Assembly (NCBI GenBank): GCA_951406725.2
Contig: OX597814.1
Span: 216,752,001-216,816,000, forward strand
Direction: 5' to 3'
Origin: Octopus vulgaris
Taxonomy: Eukaryota
DNA length: 64,000 bases
Translations under genes and position numbers: made by a program
The notes under the pieces: generated by a model
Databases searched by the model: none
What the model was told of the DNA's origin: nothing
What the model saw: the letters and a program-made list of their open reading frames with translations, nothing else
Part shown: in pieces, positions 61,740 through 64,000 of the stretch
Layout of the letters: each line of letters begins with the position of its first letter
Position numbering within the stretch: the stretch's first letter is position 1

Positions 61740-62105
61740 ATACAAAATTTAGAGGAATGTTCACTAAAAGTGGACAGCCTATATACTAAACATAGAGGTC
61801 AACTCGCCATTTACCACGAAGAATGTGTTCTCAAGAAAAATCTCAGCAAAAAGCCAAAGTGTAAAAATAAGCAAAGACACATGAAAATATTCGAAATACG
61901 TAAATATTAACAAGTGAAACCAATTGGAACATAGGTAATCGTTTTTTATTTCGTATATTTTCATGTGTCTTCGCTTATTTTTACACTTTGGCTTTTTGCT
62001 GAGATTTTTCTTGAGAACACATTCTTCGTGGTAAATGGCGATTTGACGTCTATGTTTAGCATATAGGCTGTCCACTTTTAGTGGTCAGTCCTCTAAATTT
62101 TGTAT
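61740..62105. repeat. ~159-bp near-perfect inverted repeat with 48-bp spacer
   Basis: 61740-61898 is the reverse complement of 61947-62105 with a few mismatches. Abuts (TA)n. Confidence 0.92.
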
Positions 62106-62112
62106 ATATATT

Positions 62113-62177
<65 letters not shown>

Positions 62178-62389
62178 TATACACATATATATATACACAC
62201 ACATATATATACATATATATATATACATATATATATATACACACATATATATACATATATATACATACATACATATATATATATAAATACATATATACAT
62301 ACATATATACATACATATACACATACATACATACATATATATATATATGTATGTATGTACATATATATATATATGTACATATATATATA

Positions 62390-64000
62390 CCCCAAACACC
62401 CATACTGTGCTTTAAAGAATGCCTCAACAGCATTAAGTGCTTTATTCAACAGTGCCATTCTAGCAACATACTCATGATGGGAGACTTCAATCTACCCTGT
62501 GTTGACTGGACTACAAACTGTTTGAAACCAAGCACTCCCGCCTCAACCGCTGACAAAGAAGCAGCAGAGTCACTTTTCGACTTTACGAAAGAGTTTTTCT
62601 TGTCCCAACTTGTTCTTGCACCAACAAGACATCAGAACATTTTGGACCTAGTGTTTAGTAACCACACTAACACTATACATAACGTTACAGTGGAAAAAAC
62701 CCTTCTTTCAGACCATGACATGGTTCTCTGTAACATGAAATTCCACCAGCCGAAAGCTAATCCTAGTGACCTTCCTCCAGCCCACCCATTTGACAACATG
62801 GATCTCCATAATGCCAACTGGGATGCAATCAGGAACGAGCTATCACATGTTGACTGGTCCTTTACACATACACACATCTCCACCAACCATAAAACATCTT
62901 GGCAGATCTTTGTAGACACCGTCACAGACATATGTGCAAAACACTCCCCACCAAGACCTGTGAACAAAAAGTGCAGAATCCCCCAAAACAGAAAAACCAT
63001 TATCAGAAAAATAAAAAGAACAAACAAAAAAATTAACAAACTAAAGTACTGCCAACAGCAACACACACATTCGACGGCTATCGCACTGCTTGAATCCAAA
63101 AAATATAACCTCCAACAATGCATGAAGACCCTCATCAATAACCAAAGATCAGCTGAGGAGAAGTGGGCCATTGAAAAAATCAAACTCAACCCCCAAAGTG
63201 TTCTTTTCATTTGCGAGGAAACGCAGGGTCACTGTCTCCACTGTAGGCCCTCTAATTGGCGAAAATGACACTCTCCAAGATAATGCCAAATCCATGGCCG
63301 AGATACTGCAGAAACAATACTGCTCTGTTTTCAGCAATCCTGATATGGCCGATCTGGGCTGTATCAGTGATGTCAACCCCCAACACACTATATCGGACAT
63401 AACGTTTAGTGCCCCTGATGTCTTAGCGGCGATAAACGAAATAAAACACAATTCAGCAGTAGGCCCCGATAGGTTCCCTGCTTGTGTCCTGAAGGTGTGT
63501 CGACACCAACTTGCATCTCCCCTTGCTAATCTGTGGAGAAACTCACTGGATGCTGGCTATATTCCAAAAAACCTTCTGTCCCAGTCTGTTGTCCCAGTTT
63601 TCAAAAAGGGAAACAAGTCCCTTGCAGTGAATTACCGTCCGATCTCACTCACCTCTCATATCATCAAGGTATTTGAGAGGGTGGTGAGATCTCGAATAAC
63701 CCAATTTCTGGAAAGCAACAGACGGCTGATCTCCAACCAACATGGGTTCCGTAATGGAAGGGACTGCCTAACGCAGCTCCTGCATCACTTTGAGGACATT
63801 TTGAGAGCTTTGGGAGAGGGCTCCAACACCGATGTCATCTACCTTGATTTCAGTAAGGCCTTCGACAGGGTCGATCACAAGATCCTATTGAAAAAACTAT
63901 CCAACATTGGTGTCTCTGGAAAGTTACTGAAATGGATCAAGTGTTTACTGACAGACAGATCTCAACATGTTGTAGTTGAAGGGGTAAAATCAAGCCCAGC
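62390..64000 (+). mobile_element. CR1-group LINE ORF2 (APE end plus RT start), frameshifted, runs off the window
   Basis: [24 protein letters not shown]. After a frameshift near 63195: AVGPD, YRPISLTSH, QHGFRNGRDC, YLDFSKAFDRVDH. Confidence 0.92.

Noticed and set aside
62081-62390. N-terminal YI-repeat part of the 395-aa ORF
   Set aside because: (TA)n microsatellite fortuitously in frame with the LINE fragment.

Overview
Eukaryotic, AT-rich, repeat-dense genomic DNA. The SINE families, RTE/CR1/Tx1 LINEs and (TA)n/(GA)n load look like an octopus (cephalopod) genome; this is inference. The only host-gene signal is two paralogous terminal exons encoding the C-terminal part of a Death domain (1092-1294 and 26840-27045). 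They lie in locally duplicated blocks that also carry a fossil Helitron PIF1 helicase. Most of the rest is mobile DNA: a head-to-tail array of Tx1-clade L1 retrotransposons starting right after an 19-bp SINE-head match (9961-16866), two mariner copies, two CR1-type LINEs, RTE fragments, a Penelope GIY-YIG remnant, non-autonomous Helitrons, MITE-like inverted repeats and tRNA-derived SINEs. There is also a GAAA higher-order repeat and a ~127-bp purine satellite spanning ~9 kb. Reading the sequence directly shows at least nine type-I hammerhead-ribozyme-like motifs, six with an intact CUGANGA/GAAA core. Two of them sit in a near-perfect interleaved double inverted repeat (56.3-57.3 kb). The very long ORFs in the ORF track over the GA/CT repeats are artefacts. 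All alignments and folds were done by eye.
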